Made by a program: the position numbers and the translations under genes | Notes under the pieces: model-generated | What the model was told of the DNA's origin: nothing | The model's input: only the letters and a program-made list of their open reading frames with translations | The model's database searches: none | Assembly (NCBI GenBank): GCA_000708835.1 | Contig: DF236978.1 | Coordinates: 186,001-250,000 of the forward strand | Reading direction: 5' to 3' | Length of the DNA stretch: 64,000 nt | Source of the DNA: Klebsormidium nitens | Taxonomy: Eukaryota > Plantae > Klebsormidiophyceae | Shown here: piece after piece, positions 61,237-64,000 of the stretch | How positions within the stretch are numbered: the stretch's first letter is position 1 | How the letters are laid out: every line of letters starts with the position of its first letter

Positions 61237-62734
61237 TTGCTTGTGGAGATACCGGAACGTGTACGGTCTTGATCGAGACAGTCGTGAAAATCAGCTACGT
61301 TGTTGAAGAGGCAGGCCGGCGGCCGTTGCGAGGATCCTTCGAGTTTATAGGAGAGCTTGATTCTCTCGCTGCGCACTTGAACACACCCGGCGCATTTGGG
61401 CGTTGGGGTGGATTGGCCCGATTTTATTCACATGTTGTCGCGATAAGGGCCTTCACGATAAGGCGTTCCGACTGCCTAGCTCGGGGAATTCGTGTACATT
61501 GGCGTTCATGGAGGTGTAGTGCATGCATACTGATGTTGTTGAACGAGAAAATTCTCCTTAAAACTCCGGGACCTTTTGTTTCTTGATCGGTCGGACCATC
61601 TGCATATATGCAAGCGATTCTGATGCATCAACGGCGTCGGACCATATTGCACTACTATATCAGTATGGTGCGGATCAATTGGATCAGCCTGAGAATCCAG
61701 ACTGGACTTTTTTGACGTTTCATTGTGGTAGGTTGACCTAAGTACGTTATCGCAACAGGGTCGGACCGAATCTTGTTGTACTTTGATCAAGAATTACAGT
61801 TTCATAGCTGTAGAAGGGAATTCAACCTTCTATGTACGAGCGACTGATACATTATATGCAGTTTGTTCTTTGCTAGAGACGGTATGCTTTCGAGTTTGTC
61901 ACACTGTGCCATGCATGAATCAACCGTGACCGTTATAACGAACTTAGCTTAGCCCTAAGATTCAGTTTTACTTGCACAGTGCTAGCTTGATATCGGATCA
62001 CCTAACTGTTGCGGCTTGCGCATGCGCAGCAAATTGTTGCATGGTGAAGAATAATTTGACATATATCATCTACCGTCCACAATTGTGGGTTTGGCACGTA
62101 CCATAGTTTGCAGCATGGGCCCGACGATCGGCCGGCCGGGGACTAGCAAGTATGTATATGATGGATACAAGCACACAAGCTCATTCGGTGCCCCGCAGTC
62201 CGACAGCTATAGCTCCATAAAGTGACTGATCCGGCGATCGCAATTGAATCTTGAAGGGACTTGGTACATTCAATTTGTTATAAGTCAGGACTCAGACGTA
62301 CCGGTATATGCGGATATAGGATACAATATCGAACTGCAATCTAGGGTGAGTGACTCACCCACTTAGTGTCGATTCTTGTGAAGCTCATGTGCAAATATGT
62401 TGCTTAGTAAGCGCTACTAGCTCGGTCATTTTCAGAATCAGTGAGGTCGACCGTTTTAAACCTTACTTTTCACCACCGAGGTCAGATCATTGAAATAATA
62501 GCCTGAAAGCTGGCTGCCGCGCTACTCCTGCAATGTGGCGTGCAGATTCTTGCTCCTGTTGACCTTCCCTCTCAATCTCCAAAGATGTCAATTCCATGGC
62601 CAACGTCCTAAGTTGCTTCTTCATTCTACAGCTAGTGTCCTTTCAACCATAATGCTTTATTGTCTGCTTCTCTACGACCACGATCATAGAGAAACACAGC
62701 AATGACACCCTTTCAACTTGCAATTCCCCAAGAA

Positions 62735-64000
62735 TCAAACGTGCTTTCCAGAACTAGAGGGCCGAGCACTTTTTGTAGCTTTTTTAGGGGGCAAGCCGAG
62801 TCCCAAACCCTGGCCAAGCCCCAGCCCAAGCGGCCCGTTGCTTTGACCTTTCTCCACATCGTTATGCACATGCCCGTTATCGTGTTCGTGATTACAACTG
62901 CTCGAATGCACATGCCCCTTTCCAAATAGACTACCCAAGAAACCCCCACCCGAATGCCCATTCGTGCCCGCGCTTGGCGTCGCGTGCTCATGGCTATGTG
63001 CGCGACTAAGAAGCTGCGGAATCTGCATGGGAGGATCCGTCGGCGCTGTCCAGGGAACGTCCACATCAGTGGTGTAGCCTTTCGAGAGGAACTCGGCGCA
63101 ATTCGCCCGCATGCCCTTGTCATACGGGTTGAAGTACCGGCCGTCGCCGCTCCGGAGGTACGAGTAGCGGTGCGAGTTCGCAACTTCGTTGGTCGTCACA
63201 TTACGCGCAATCTGCAAGAGTACGCAATCCCTTTAAAAAAAGTGGTCAAGAACCAGAAAAACGTCACAAGGTCGTTACTCCATGACTAGATTATGGATGA
63301 CTGGGGCCGCCTATGTTGTGCGCTTTGGACAATCTGAAGGCTTGATAACACTCACGGCTCAGGTCGTCCTACACTAATGCAACTATGTGTGATCGCTTTT
63401 ACTAGTAGACTCTACAGCATGCCTTCCGAAACGATAGCAGACGCATAAGTCATCACTATCTACATAAATCTTTCGTCTTTGTTACAGTCAAAGACAGTTG
63501 CTCAATCCGCTGAAATGGATCCTCAACTGTTGCAGACATCGGTGTCATTATTTTATGAACGAACTTCTACTTACAAACGCTCAAATCATGAAAACGTAAG
63601 TCGCAAAACCTACTCCAGTAGACCGCAACAATGCCGCAACAGCATTGCTCGCCAAGTACACTATGCGAAATGGCTACTCATTCGTCCTTTTGCCGTGAAC
63701 AGCAACTGAAAAACTGGAAAAATAAAGAGTCCGCCTTGCTTCTTGCTTCTTCCTGGATTTCGTCCTGGAAACCGGTTGAACAGCATCAGAAAGTGCAAAC
63801 ATTGTAGATCATAGCGTGAAAGAAGATTCGTTCGATCATATCGGCTGCTGACTTGGTCTGCAAAAGCAGCAAGTCCTTCAACCAGATAAGGGGGTATTCC
63901 GTTGGTTGTAAAGGCAGCCCACCTGCATCCCCTGGATGACTGCCAGTGAGAGCACGCTCATGAGCATGAAGAGGTCCCCAATGACAAACCCGAGCGCGCC
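62735..64000 (-). CDS. 3' end (last two exons in window) of a DHHC protein S-acyltransferase, TIP1/PAT24-like
   Basis: Exon 64000-63923 ([26 protein letters not shown]) splices in phase to 63211-62735 ([38 protein letters not shown]...). The TTNE motif, NPYDxG motif, His-rich tail and LGLGLG tail resemble Arabidopsis TIP1. The DHHC motif itself lies beyond the window. Confidence 0.85.

Noticed and set aside
60633-61376. ORF-track entries spanning the N run
   Set aside because: Artefacts of translating through the gap.

Overview
Eukaryotic, intron-rich, GC-rich genomic DNA with GT-AG introns. It is most likely a streptophyte green alga such as Klebsormidium (inference: a flagellar gene, CFAP70, sits beside plant-type QALGGH zinc fingers, Root_cap proteins, an LPLAT-type MBOAT and a TIP1-type S-acyltransferase). 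There is one assembly gap (60781-61111). Host genes: an orphan acidic/disordered terminal exon, two divergently oriented Root_cap/VWD-like secreted paralogs whose GDPH motif is built across an intron, a 5-zinc-finger/bromodomain/AT-hook gene, CFAP70, an LPCAT-like MBOAT and the 3' end of a DHHC-type PAT. The stand-out feature is a 13.7-kb element (12570-26241) bounded by bipartite CACTA-starting inverted repeats with a 2-bp AA flank duplication. It carries two convergent spliced genes. The first is a ~1300-aa DDE transposase of the RAG1/Transib/CMC group, with an intact D-D-E triad and CxxC/HxxxxH zinc site, an inserted LysM-like domain and three C-terminal PHD fingers. The second is a partner with two MBD-like domains and a BAH domain. 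The layout recalls ProtoRAG (TIR, RAG1-like gene, convergent chromatin-reader gene, TIR), but the partner is not RAG2. All gene models and family calls were made by eye from splice signals, phase consistency and remembered motifs; no database search was run.
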